DNA from: Klebsormidium nitens
Taxonomy: Eukaryota; Plantae; Klebsormidiophyceae
Length of the DNA: 64,000 bases
Reading direction: 5' to 3'
NCBI GenBank assembly: GCA_000708835.1
Contig: DF237056.1
Span: forward strand, 134,166-198,165
Under the pieces are notes generated by a model. It worked only from the letters and a program-made list of their open reading frames with translations, searched no databases and had not been told where the DNA came from. A program made the translations under genes and the position numbers. This document shows positions 18,590 to 31,577 of this stretch, one piece after another. The stretch's first letter is position 1. Each line of letters begins with the position of its first letter.

Positions 18590-21500
18590 ATGGCTACATC
18601 CCAAGTGCCAAAAGACCCCAAGCTCTATGAGCTGCTAGGAGTTGACCGGTCCGCTTCTGAAGAGGAGATCAAGCTTGCATATGGCGAGAAGGCCATTCAG
18701 GTGGGAATTTGTTCCTGAAAGCTTTGTGATTTTGTGTTTGGTAGCTCTCTTTGATTTAATGGATGGTAGACCTTTTCTTCCCTTTCTGCAGGTCACAATG
18801 TAAGAGCTGGCCTTCATTGACTGACAATAAGCCATCACTATTGGACTGCATCAGTGCCAAAAAGCTGTTCTGCATGCACAAGCTGTGCTGACGGGTTGTG
18901 ATACGCATTTGAGATTTCATTTTCCAATTCCAAGCCTGCTGTACGTTGAGTTTTCCTCAAATGCCAACATTTTTCCATTGGCAGACAACTTCATACCACC
19001 ACCTGTGTAACTTGATAACCAAACTCATGAAAGAAACGAAGCTTGGAAGTTTTGGTGCCTTTTTATTACGAGGTTTTGACCTCCTCAATTGACTTTCTCC
19101 CTTGTCCTATGCAACTTCATTTGCAGATGAAGTGTCAGTGGCTCCACGAGTGGTTCATATGCATGCACCCTTCCAATTCCCTCTGAGTTGTGTCCTGTAT
19201 TACATTGAACTTTCAACCAACCAAGCTCAGAAATCAAATTTTTTTGTTGTCAAAGGTGAAAGTCACGCGAATGCAACTTGATGCTTTTCCTCTGCTTCAT
19301 TAGGACCTTAGCAAATATCTAATGAGTGCCGTACACACGGTGACCTGTGCTGTCGTGTCATTCCTAAACAACAGAAGGTCAAACCCAGAGCGCCTATTTT
19401 GAGAGCAAGAGCTTATTCCACACAATTCATTGATGACGTAGTTGCCCAGTATTATGAAGGTGGTGACATCTCTGGTGACATCTGTGACATCGTTTCCCTG
19501 CAGCTGCAAGAAAGGATGGCCAACGTCTTTGGTCCCCGCACCGCCGACCCTGCCGCTCTCGAGTTTGAGCGCCTCCAGTTGCAACAATTGAGCGCAGCCC
19601 TCGAGGTGCTGACTGACCCCCAGCAGCGCTTGGCATACGACGTCACCTTTCCCCCTAGTTACGGAAAGGAAGCAGAGGAGAAGACGGTTCAAATCCCAGA
19701 GGGGCCTCCCAAGGCACAGAATGAGCAAGCGCAGGCTCTGGCATCTGCAGCCATTGCGTTTGCTAAGCTGCTGGGCAAAGGCAAGCTGTGAGTTTGCCAT
19801 GACACATCCAGCCCTGACTTATATTTGAGAGTGTTTGGTTTTACTTTACGTAGTCTTCAGATCTGTCTATAGTCATTCCTGTCACATCATAAGTTGCTGG
19901 CTATGCTTTCGCAGGCCGGATTAAGGGGTTCATGAACCAACTGGTGAGGACACGAGAGTTTGACAATGAAAGACGTACTTCGGCAAAACATTTTGGCCAC
20001 TTGTTGTGTTGAGTTCAAGGCTGCTGATCATCTGTAGGCCTGATGTGGTTAGCCAAGGAGCTACTGTTGACTGTTGTCAATACTTGTGAGGAGGAAAGAA
20101 CTCCTTTTTGCGCCTGGTTACAATCCGGATGGCAACAAGTTCTCAGAGGAAAGCGAAGAAAATTGCTTGTAGCAATCTCGATGACGACAAGCTCCGATGC
20201 TTATCAAGGAAGAGTTTTAGCGAGCCTGTCACTTCTGCTTGACAGCTTTGAGGACTATGTTGGACAATTGGCGACGTTGGCCGCTATCATCTTCGAAACA
20301 GGGGGTGACATTGGAGGCGACGCGAAGCCTGTCATTAAGGAGCTGAATCAGGTCGGCTATCTGCCTGAGCCCTTCCTGCCTTGTGTTTCACCATGTTTCC
20401 TCAGTTTATTGTGTATATGACAGAAGAGTTGCCCTAGTGCTGTGTTTGCATTGTTGAAAGGTTCCTCAAACAATGAAAGAGTTCGGAGGGAAGCAGGTGC
20501 GGTGAAGACATGAATCGTACTCTATCGATGTTTCGCAAGCAATCCGATACTTTTTCTAGAGACAGGTCGTCCAGCTATGCAGATTCCATGAGTAGTTCAC
20601 AAAGCTTTCCCTTGACCAACCAAAGGACTGCAACTGAAGAGGCTTCTCTCATTAAGCCCTGGCCTCTTTCTTCAGGAACGTATCGAGACTCTGGCCGAAA
20701 TCCTCAAGCTCAAGATTCAGCCGTACGTGACTGGAGACAAAGAGGGATTCCGCCAAGCCGTTCGAGAAGAGGCAGAGGTTCTTCAACAAACGCCATTTGG
20801 AGTGCCGATGATGCACCTGATCGGGTGAGCAATCTATTTATTGGCAAAAGCAGTCTCTCTTTCGCTAAAGACGTGTTGCTCTTGCCGCTGTTTTGGTCAT
20901 TCGGCTTTGTCCTACAACTTTTGTCCTAATGTCTTTTTTTCGGATACAGGAGGTGCAAACAGGGTCCTCAATTGCGAGTGGGCACGAGCTTAAGCATTTG
21001 TGGACAACACCGTTTCCTGGTCTTTCAATTCTCCAGAGGTTTGTCATGTGCTGTGTTTGTGCGAGCTTCATCCACTGCGAAGTATACAGATCTGGGCCCA
21101 GATTTAGAACGGCTACTCTAAGGGCTGTCGATGCTCCGTTTCCAGGTACGCATACGAGCGGGCCGCCAATCCGTATTTGGGCCATGTCGTCAGCGAGTGG
21201 TTCACGAGGATGGGGCACAAGCTGTCGGTCTTGGTGAGTCTTCGACAAGTGTTCTCGCATACCTCGGCAAATGATAAGGTAGATTGCTGTGCAAACTCTT
21301 CTGAAATGGGTTCTGCTTTAAAGGTACTGCTAGATGGCTGCCAGATTTTAGACGGCCTCGTCCAATCGTTGGAATTCGAAGCGATCCGGCTTTGATTGCC
21401 TTTGCGAGGCTCTCGAATTTAGACCTGCGAAGTTTCTGGTGCTGCGTCCGATTGGGTTTTGCTACTTGACGTTTTCTGGTCGTCTGGTTGCCCTTCGTCA

Positions 21501-24500
21501 CGTGGCAAGCTTTCACCCCAGTGTCGTTAAACCTGGTAGTGGCAGAACAACTGCTCACTAGTACTAAGGTACATGTGACGGAAAAGCAAGCGTCTCATTA
21601 TTGTGAAGGCAATGCAATGCAGGAAATACGCTATTTCCAACATTCCGTGGTGAACAAGTAGCTCTGTGCCCACTCTGCAGGCCAACGCCGCGCACGGCTA
21701 CGCGAGCGTGAATGTGATGAAGTACGACGTATTCCACCGGCAGAGCTACTTCGTGAAGGACGTCATGCCCGCCAAGGAAATGGCCGAGTACTTTGAGGAC
21801 CGCCTGGGTTGGCTCATCACCTCGCTCTGGGAGCTCAACTGCAAGGACGCGGACGACACGTTGGCGGCTGTGACGTCACGTGTGTTGACGCAGGGTGACG
21901 TCAGCAAGGAAGAGATCCGACTGCGCGCAGAGGCCATCAAGGAGATTGCGACGGTGTTCCAGGTGGGGGGTCGTACTAGCACGTCCGGACGTGAAGCTTC
22001 TGGCGAATTTTTGTTCGAAGTCTGGGTTTGAAAGCTTGGACGTGATAGCTTGGTGTGTAAACTTCCATCGTTTTGCACAGAAATCGAATCTAAGTCGGAC
22101 TTGAAGTCGGTTGTAGGGGGACAAAGATTTGTTCTAAGAGCGGGTTCCGTTGAATGGTGCGAGACATTGAACTCGATCCTCACTTGGCTTGCAAACCGTG
22201 TATTCACGTCCTCACTTAGGGTCTTTGCTTTTGTTCCAGGACGCCAAGTTCGTGCCCCCACCTGCTCCCCCTGCCAAGCTGCAAGAAGCAGCCCCCGGAA
22301 GCCACCGCACCTGGGACGACGCTCTTGAACAAGGAACGGATTCCGCCAAGTCGGGAGCGGATCAAGCCAGCGGAGCTGCGAAGTCAGGGGTAGACCAAGC
22401 TAGAGGCTCGGCAAAGGAGGGCACGGAGCAGGCACGGGATGCAGCAAAGTCCGGCGTCGAACAGGGCCGGGGTGCGGTCAAGTCTGGCGCGGAGTCGGCG
22501 AGAGATGCCGTTCATTCCACGACGGATCAGGCGCACGACGCGGCGCTGTCAGGAATTGACCAGGTAAGCGGGCTTTTCCCTTTGAAGGAATTGGAGGTCA
22601 CTACTCGATTGCAGAAGCTAGTGGAAGGGCCACGCTTAACCTTTCAGTGGCTAGAGCGGCGCAGTCTTCGAGCACCTCAAGACATGGCAACTTCTAAGCT
22701 CGATGGACCAGAGAAAGGGAGAACCACTTATGTCTGCGTCGATTGACGATCTAATGCTTGCAAGATGTCAACTGAAGTTGGACAAGAGGGACTACGAGGC
22801 GTCACTCAACAAGCAGCTCGTGCTTTTCGCAAAACCCGCGAATTTCATGTCAAGCCTGTGTGGTGGCACAGAATAGATTGTACACTTTTGCATCCATTCA
22901 CCCGTCTCATGCAATCAAGATTGTGGTGTTGGATTGCGCTGAGAAAGAAGCAATCTGTTGCCAGGAGGTTATTGTTGAAGCGTTGTCGACCAGACAAATT
23001 CAAGCCCGAACATCAAACACAAGCATCAAACTTTCAGGCACGTGACGCAACCCACGACGGAGTGGAACAGGCCCGTGGCGTTGCCAAGGACGTTGCTGCC
23101 AAGGCTGGCCCTACTGCCGAGAAGATCAACAAGGAGCACATCCAGCCCCTGGGCGAGGAGGCCGCGGCGCAAGTCGTCAGCAAGACCGGGATGCTGACGT
23201 CTGATTACATCAGGCCGGCAGCGGACGACCTCGCAGAGAACGCGGAGCCCAAGACCAAGGAGTTTACAGAGGTGGGTAATTAGTTGTGAACGGTACCTTC
23301 GAAACAAGTTGAAGTTGGTGCCTGGGTTCAGCATCATGTTACGGCTCTGCTTCGACTTCTTTTACAAAGGCAGCTTATGAAGTAAGAGTTTCTTGTTTGC
23401 TTGGGAGCTAGAGGGCAAAAGCACATTTCAGGCGGTCTGGAGAGGCTTTCGAAAGCTGGGTAAGAGGGGGCGACTCATTCAGACACTGCTATCCGCAGAT
23501 ATGGATATTGAGATTGGCGCAGCTTTTATCACGCAGACGTCGTTCCGAGAGTCGCCTGAGTCCTTGGAGTTCCTGTTGCTTCTTGATTTTGATAGTGAGG
23601 AGTTACTTGCCCTCGCAAACGGGTCAAAGATGAACCCCTTTCTGCTTCTTGCAGGAAACTCTGAAGCCCACAGTGGCTGACGCCGCGGACAAGGGTGTGG
23701 CGGCAGTCTCCGACTTCACCGAGGGCACGCTCAAGCCTGCTGCCAAGGAGGTGGCCGAGAAAGCAGAGCCCAAGACGAAAGAGTTTACGGAGCAGACGCT
23801 CAAGCCGGCTGCGAAGCAGGTAATTAACACGCTGTGATATGAATGACACCTGCTTGATTTGCAAGGTCTTGGTTTTCGCAAATAGGGTTTCGTGCAGCTT
23901 TGCTGGTGCTGCTGCTAGAGTCCAACACTCCTCGCCTTGACTACCCTCCAAGAAAGTATGGACCAAACGCTTGTGGAAGCCCTTCTTGTGTGCAGCACAA
24001 CGAAAGGGAGTCCCTAAAGGCAGAACACCTCGAAGTGATAATTTTGCCTACAAACGCATTTACCCGCCACATCTTATATCACCATAAGATGACCGCAATA
24101 ACACGTGCAACTCCGCAGGTGGCTGACGACACCAATGCTGCCGCTGAAGAGCTTGCCGAGGGTGCGATCAAGCCTGCCGCCCACAGGGTTGCCGAGGACG
24201 CACAGGCGGTCGCTGACAACAGCAGGTACGATTCCTTTCATGTATGGAATTTGTTTTACTTATCTGGACAAATTTAAACGGAAAATACGCTCTTTACATC
24301 TGTCTTGGCGGGACAAATCAACCACTCGAACGCGCTTGCTTGATAGCTTGTTCTCTGGCTGGAACACACGAGGAAAGTCGATTTTCGGGGCCTTGTGTGC
24401 AGGCTGCGGCCCGACCTACAGTCTTGAAGATTGCTTATAATTGGGCTACAAGTCCCGTCGTTCGAGTGGTATTACAAGTGCCTTTCGTGATGAGGCCAAC

Positions 24501-27500
24501 ATCCTGCTATCACTCTTCCGTTTCACCAACTCAGAACTTCGCTGTTTGGTAACGTCCCCACCTGCCTCTTGTCCACAAACTTGCTGACGTTGTCCTAAAC
24601 CCTCTTTGCAGAGACGTCATCGTGGGGTCCGCCGAAGAAGTGGCGTCGCGCCTCCAGCCGACCGCCGACGAGTTCAACTCCAAGACGCTGAAGCCCCTTG
24701 CCAAGGAGGTCGCCGAAAACATTGAGCCCGACACTAAACGCTTCACTCAGGAGCAGCTGCAACCTGCGGCGGCCCAGCTGGCGGAAACGATCCCCGAGGC
24801 CATGGACCGGTTTGTGGAAGAAGGGCTCAAGCCAGCAGCGGACTATATTGCGGACAACGCCGAGGTGGGTGGTCAAAGAGAATAAGTCTGGCCGGTTCTG
24901 CTTTAGCTCTGCGCTAACAACGCTGCTCGTCGGTCGGAGCAGTGCCTTCCCCAGGAGTCTGCTTATTCACGCCTTTATCTGTTGGCGTTGACAGTATGCG
25001 AAGTGCTGGGGTCGCGATTGAATGTGTCATTTGGCCTGAAGGGAAACATGCGTCCTTCGCGTTGGTGTTTTCGGGGTTTTGAGCGTGGTTTCAACGAGGT
25101 GTCATATGCTGGTTCATATGAAAACGGCAGGTCTGGACGACTTTGTTAGCTTCGTATCTCTAGCAGCTAAGCACGTGCCCCTTTCTTTGCAGCCCCTCGC
25201 CGACAAGATTGCCAAGGAAGACCTGCGACCTCTCACCGAGGCAGTCGTAGGGTTAGCCCAACAAGCGCAGAAGTCGGCAAAGGAAGCCAAGCCCCGAATC
25301 CGTGAGGGTGCCGAGGCGCTTAAGCAAGCTACCGACGAGTCAAAGCAAGGGCTTAAGGAAGGGCTTAGCAAGGCGCAGGGGACCGCACAGAAGACGGCGG
25401 ACCAGGTCAAGGATCGGGTTAGCGAGGGGCAGAAGGGCGCTGAGAAGGCAGCGGGGCAGGTTAAGGAGGGGGTCAACGAGACAGCGGACCGGGTGAAGGG
25501 AGGGGTGGAGCAAGGGAAGAAGGCGACCGAGGATGCCACGGACAAGGTTAGCGACAAGGTTAAGCAGGGTGGCGAGAAGGGCAAGCAAGCAGCCGGGCAG
25601 GTTAAGGAGGGAGTTAGCGGGAGGGGTTCCGAGGACGTGAGTTTGGGGGAAGCTGGGCGGAAGAGAGCGACGGAGGAAGGGGCTGGGAAGAGGAACGAAA
25701 AGGAGGCGAAGGTGACCGGGGAGAAGGACAACCAGAGAGGGGCTCACTCTACCGGGGACAAGAGAGACGAGACGGAGGCGAAGTCGGGTGGAGACAAGAA
25801 GGATGTGAAGAACATTGCGGAGGACACCGTGGCAGCTGTGGAGCAGTCCTTGGTCGACAGGTACGTACACGCAACCGATAAAATTCTCAATGCGACTCTA
25901 TAAAAGGCTGCTCATACGTTCCCATTTCGTTGATCAGCTTATCTTGACGATGAGGTTGTTTCGGTGACAAAACTTGGGTTTCGTGCTTCAAGTCTTGTTC
26001 TAAAGCTGTGTACCTGTTTCGCCCAGAAACCAGCTTTTCGTTCGCACAGTCTTACATCACTTCTGCGAAACCGTCTCTTGAACGTTCTACGTTCGTATGA
26101 ACGCCGTCGCTTATACGTGAAACTCGTCTTCTTCAGTCTCCGCACCCAAGCGCTGGACCCCTTGGCCAAGGAGGTGGAGTCTCAAGCCGTCCCCCTGGCG
26201 CGCCACCTCAACCGCGGCATGCTCCAGCCCGCGGCCGCCGAGTACGCCGACCAGTTCGAGGCGGCGGCCAAGGACTTGTGCGACACTGTTGGGCCGGTCG
26301 CCGAAAGACTGCCCAACTCGCTCAAAAACGCCATCCACAGGCGGCGCGTGCCAGAAGAGCTGGCGGTGAGTTGACGTCATCAGTTCCCTTAGCATGGTCT
26401 AAAGATCCTGTCGTCAGAAGGGATCGTCTCCAAACCCCCTCTCTGTTTCCTAAGCTATTACCTTGTAGCCAAGTCGGACGACGATTTGATGCCGTGAGCA
26501 TGATGTTGCAGGGTGTTGTTGGATCACACTTAGATTTCAAGGATGGGGAGCACGCATCTTGATGTCTTCAAGAACTGAAGTCGTAACCTCCTCGAAGAAA
26601 CTGAAGGCTTCGCTTTTCAGATCCCACCTCCTCCTCGGAGTGCGTTTTTTGAGTGCATGCTTCCCAGTTCATCACATTGTTAACGTAGTCGCAATCAAAA
26701 ACTTGAAGTTTGACAAGTCTCGTCTTTCTCTCCGCGTCCGCAGCCGGACCTCTCAGTGATCGCTGTGCGCATGGAGCCCCTCATCGACCGCATTGTGGAC
26801 ATCGCCATCGAGGTGCGCAAGCAGGCGCCGGCGGTCGCGCAGAAGATCCCCGAGACCGCAGAGAAGCTGGGACAGGTTATTGAGGAGGGCGCCCAGAAGG
26901 TAAGCCGCGCAGTGTCCCCCATCCTAGTTGGCAGATAGAAGGTGCTTGCTGAGCTAAGAACCGCTTGATTAAGTTACAGGGGCTTCGAACTTGGCCCTGC
27001 ACTTCCTGTTTTGTCTATGTGTTCATGTTCTCAGGGCTTTCTGCTGTGATGATGTTACGATGACGTTCAATTTATGACATTACAAAGCGGGGTCACTGGC
27101 TCGCTGTGTGACGGCTGACCTAATCTTCATCACCTTTGAGTTCCTGACCCTCAATTATCTGAAAGCATGTCGATTTTGACTCTACGATAACAAAGATCAT
27201 CGACATTGGAAAGCTTCCTGCTTGTTCTCTTCGTAAGCAAACGCCGATTCCGTCTTCAAGCCTGGTGACGAGAGAACTACACCATGTTGCTACACTCCTC
27301 TGAATGTGATTCTGTACTCTGTTGAACAGCGTCTTTTCCTATCAGGTCAAAATAATTCAAGTTGCACAAATGATTCTCTCTTAACGCAGGTGGCGGATCA
27401 GGCCCAGCCCGCAGCGGACAAGGTTGGCGACATCGTCGAGGCGAACGTGCACGTGGCAGCAGAAAAGACGACTGACCTGGCAAAGATCGCCGTGGAGAAG

Positions 27501-30500
27501 CTGCCAGATGACATCACTCTCAAAATCGAGGAAGTCGTCAACGAGCCAGCAGACACGTCAGCGGGTGCTAAGGCAGAAGAGACCGGAGACAAGGTCAAAT
27601 CAACTGCTGAGAGCGCCAAGGGCAAGGCAGGCGAGGTGGCAGACGAAGAGAAGGTGAAGCAGGCCGGCGAGAAGGCGCGCTCGGCCGTCGATGACGCGAC
27701 ATCGACGGCGCAGGACGCGTCTGAGAAGGCCAAGGCGAAAGCGGACGAGACGGCGGAGAGCGCGAAGGATGTCGTGGACCGGGCCGGGAAGAGCGCGGAA
27801 TCGGCGGCGGGTGACGCGGCTGACGTGGCGAAATCGGCGGCACAAATCGCGCAGGAGCGCGGCGACCAAGCGGAAAAGATCTTGAAGAGCGCGGCCAAGG
27901 ACATTGCGGAGAACGTGCGGCCCGCCGCGGACGAACTGGGGGAGCAAATGAAGGTATGCGCGTCTGTTTCGAGAGCGTCTTGGCCCGTGCGTAGATATTT
28001 CCATGATCCGCAGTCACTTTCATCGGCCTGCTATCGTGGATGTGCTACGTTGTTTAGTTGGTGGCAAATCGTTTTGAGAAGTATTGTGTGCGAGGTAGCT
28101 TAGGGGGAGGACTGTGGCGGGTTCTAAGGAGGTTAGTCATGTTTTAGGGCTGCGAAGGTTGCGAGTGGGAGCTGAATACTAACAATGGCTCCCTTGTGTC
28201 TTGAAAGGGCTCAAGAAAATTGTTGCTAATTTTCAGGGTCCTGTACCAAAATATAATTTTTGCACAAACAACGCTTCCGTTGCAGGGTTTGGTCGTTGGG
28301 CTCGGACTATTTTTATTGACGCCTGAAAGGTTTTTATCCATCTTTGGACCGCAAGTTGACAAAGGTGTTTTAGGTCTCATGTTTTTCCGCTTGCCCGCAG
28401 CACAGAAATCTGTGGCCGCTAATCAGGCTGTTAAACAGTCTTTAATTTCAGGTTATCAGTTGAATAGCCGGTGTTCGACGTTGCTCCAAGGCTGGTTGTC
28501 GCCCAAGCTGGTTGTTATGGACATTTAACCACTTCCTGACCAGCCCATTAGCACCTATGGTTAACGGCAAAGATGACTGTGCAGGACTTCGCCAAGGAGG
28601 CCGCGGACGACATCGAGCCGGCCGCGGCGCGCGTCTCGGAGCAGCTCGAGAGCGCGGCCCACGACGTCGCCGTCAACGCGGAGCCGACGGCCGACCGCGT
28701 TGCGGCCGCGATCTCAGACACCGCCCAACAAGCATCCGCAGACTTGCCGAAGGCGGCGGAGCGCGTCTCTGCTGACGTGGAGAAGGCGGCGCGGACTGTG
28801 GCGGAAAATGCGGAGCCGGCGGCTAATGACATGGCAAAGCAAATCAAAGGGAGTGCCGCGGCGGTCGGGGATAGCGTGGTGACGTATGCGGACAGCGCGG
28901 CCGTGGGGCTGGAGACGGCGGCTCACGACGTGACGGAGAGTGCGGAGCCCGCGGCAGAGCAGGTGAGGGTCGAAGGAAACTGCTTCAAAACTTTTCGATT
29001 AGAAAAAGATTATCCGTGAATCGTTACAAACCCTTGGAAACCTTTGAAGCTTACCAGTGTGTACTTGGTACTACTCGTTGCCAGATTCCGTTGTCCCAGG
29101 CCATCGTGCACACTTTGTTGATCTGTCTTGAAATACGGTTGCTCCCGCTGCTTTTGAAACCTTTCACCTAGCAAAGCAGGGGAAACCTCGCTGGCTGCGA
29201 CTTGGCTTTCTCCAGATCTGAATTTCTTATAGAAAAGCTGAGTGCTGGCCGTCTTACATCTCGGATCTCAGCTCTGAACAATTGTTCACTTGACAGGTGT
29301 CCAAGGATCTGAAGGCCGGCGCTGAGGCCGTCGCTTCGGACAGCAAGGCGGCCGCGGACAAGACTGCGGACAATCTGAACGCGTCCGCAGCCCAGGTGGC
29401 GAAGGATGCGCGCCCGACGGCCGACAAGTTGTCCAAGAACCTGGAAGAAACGGCTGAAGTCGCGGCAGGTGAGCGGCATTTGCCGGAATGCACTCTGCTG
29501 GGCTTGAGGCGTTAGATGATCCCTGTATTTCCTGCTCCGCCACTTGTGTAGGGTCTGCTTTAAGGTTCATGACAAGAAAGCGTTCTGCGTTTGTGCATTT
29601 CACCTTTGGTTTGTCTCCAGGCATTCCCGTGCAACACTATCTTCCCCTAAACATCTAATCAGTAGAGAAAGAGGGAAGCGAGCTCTCCTTTGAGCCGCGC
29701 TTGTTGATCTCAATGCCATTTTGTATGTCTTAAAGGATGACGGTCCAATTTGCCAAATGAGGAGGTAAAACGAGGGTTGTCGAAAAGGGGTATTGACTTC
29801 ATAGTCAGACTGCTTAAAAGACAAAAAGCCTGGCGGCCCTTGCACCGGTAGACCTCTTCATTGTTGGACGAAAGCGTTTCTTTGGGAATTATTGCCCCCT
29901 TCCAAAGTTACCGAATCCTCTTTCTTCCAATAACACCTTCCATCTACGTAGCGGCATAAGTCGCTACTCGAATGGAGCCGCATCTGATCTTTGATCTTTC
30001 GTAATTGCAGAGAAAGCCATCAAGCCGGCTGCCAAGTCCGCGGGCGACACCCTGGAGAGCACGGCCAAAACCGCCGGCAAGAACCTGGACGAGGGCGCGG
30101 ATTCCGCTGCGGACAAGGTGAAGGAGAAGACGGACTCCGTTGCGGAGGAGGCGAAGCGGAAGACCGGATCTGCGGCGGAGACGGTGAAGAGCACAACGGA
30201 TGACGTCGCGAAGAAGGCAAAGGAGACGGCCGACAAAGGGGCGGAGAAAGCAAAGGAGACGACGGACAGTGCGGCGGATAAGGCCAAGGAAACTGCGGAC
30301 AGTGCGGCGGATAAGACCAAAGAGACGACGGACAGCGCAGCTGAGAGTGCCAAGAAGGGGGCTGATAAGGGCGCGGAGAAGGCGAAGGAGGGAACGGAGA
30401 ATCTGAAGGAAGGTGCCGAGAATTACAAGGAAAAGCTGAAGCAGGGGGCGGAGTCGGCTGGGGAGAAGATGCAACAGAAGACGAAGGAGGCTGAAAAAAA

Positions 30501-30522
30501 CGCGCGTCAACTCGGGGCGTAG
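18590..30522 (+). CDS. J-like (no HPD) + DnaJ-X domain protein with a ~1250-aa LEA/apolipoprotein-like repeat extension, ~1593 aa, 18 exons
   Basis: Exons 18590-18700, 19504-19787, 20246-20351, 20676-20824, 21146-21233, 21681-21962, 22240-22563, 23038-23271, 23655-23819, 24119-24225, 24612-24864, 25193-25860, 26137-26365, 26744-26899, 27390-27953, 28585-28962, 29297-29468 and 30011-30522. All introns are GT-AG and phase-compatible; total 4782 nt. The N-terminal part aligns by eye with the plant DnaJ10/yeast Djp1-Caj1 type (LYELLGV..ASEEEIKLAY; VLTDPQQRLAYD; LFEDYVGQL; SEWFTRMGH; SLWELNCKD; IRLRAEAIK). Confidence 0.8.
22330..23100 (+). repeat. 11-mer amphipathic repeat block (group-3 LEA-like) in exons 7-8 of the J-like/LEA gene
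   Basis: QGTDSAKSGAD QASGAAKSGVD QARGSAKEGTE QARDAAKSGVE QGRGAVKSGAE SARDAVHSTTD QAHDAALSGID QARDATHDGVE QARGVAKDVAA. Confidence 0.85.
30200..30430 (+). repeat. 33-bp / 11-aa tandem repeats, classic LEA_4 (group 3)-like
   Basis: KAKETADKGAE KAKETTDSAAD KAKETADSAAD KTKETTDSAAE SAKKGADKGAE KAKEGTENLKE. The periodicity is visible at DNA level (gacagtgcggcggataag at 30265 and 30298). Confidence 0.9.
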
Positions 30523-31577
30523 CGGGATTGAGGAGTTTGTTGGTGCTTTACGGTTAATTTGCGTATGGCGGTGGTTGTGAGTAGGGATGGAATACTGTTA
30601 ACGGTGGTGGTGAGAGGGATGGTTATTGCCTAAGTGGTAAGGTAGATATTGAGCCAAACATTTTGCAAGTTGCGGGCGCCTACCTAGTTCTTGCACGCAC
30701 AGATAGCGAAACTCTAGATTGCGGCCTGTATATAAATCTTTGATGGAAGATATGCTGAGCTGGTTTTAGGTTTTCAATCCTGTCAATTCTACTTAGTATG
30801 TGAGTGTCTGTTCTTGAACGAGTCCTTTGAGTGGATCTAACAATCTTAATCTATGCCGCCCTGAATTTCACTGGCGCGAAGAAATCTCAATCGCCTATAC
30901 CATATACCCTCCGACCGATCATTGTACGTACATGTCGAATTATTTGTTTCTCACAAGCTGGCAACTACCTCGATATACTGGTGTCGTCTCTTTAAAACCT
31001 CAATTCTTACCAACACGAACACCGACAGGCGCTAACACTCGTTCGAACACGGTCCTATGCGAATTGCATGAACGAATTGTGCCAGTGCCGTCATGACACC
31101 GGTTGATGTTGATATTCGGCTGCAATATGGACAGCTAGTGCCAGGTTGGCTGCTTCCTGCCATATATAGAGCTAGTGCTAGGTTACCGGTATATAACGAC
31201 ATGCCGACCATGCACGCTACTAACCATGAGAAGCTTCACATCCATGTCATACTTTTCTGCGTTTATGCCCAATTTTAAATGGCATGCATGATAACTTGCA
31301 TCCGTGCATCAAGTTCGGGCCTTAGTTGAATAATTGCCCAGTGCGCAGCTTCTATAGTGACTGTCCAAGATGAATTGCTTATCAATCAGCTTGGCAGAAT
31401 TAACCAGATGCATACGCTTTGCTAACATGTGTCAGGAGCTTCTTTAGGCTAGCTTCTGAAGTCATTCCAACCTTCCAAGTGAGCATTGTTTCCGTCCCGA
31501 TCCTGTCATGAATCTGCCACATTTGACTACGCTTCAAGGATAAGTTATCCTTGTCGCCCACACGATGTCCAGATATG

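Noticed and set aside
25114-30510. Long minus-strand ORFs (e.g. 25114-25731, 25340-25870, 27398-27904, 29944-30510)
   Set aside because: They are antisense shadows of GC-rich, repetitive LEA-like exons; no independent splice signals or recognisable domains.
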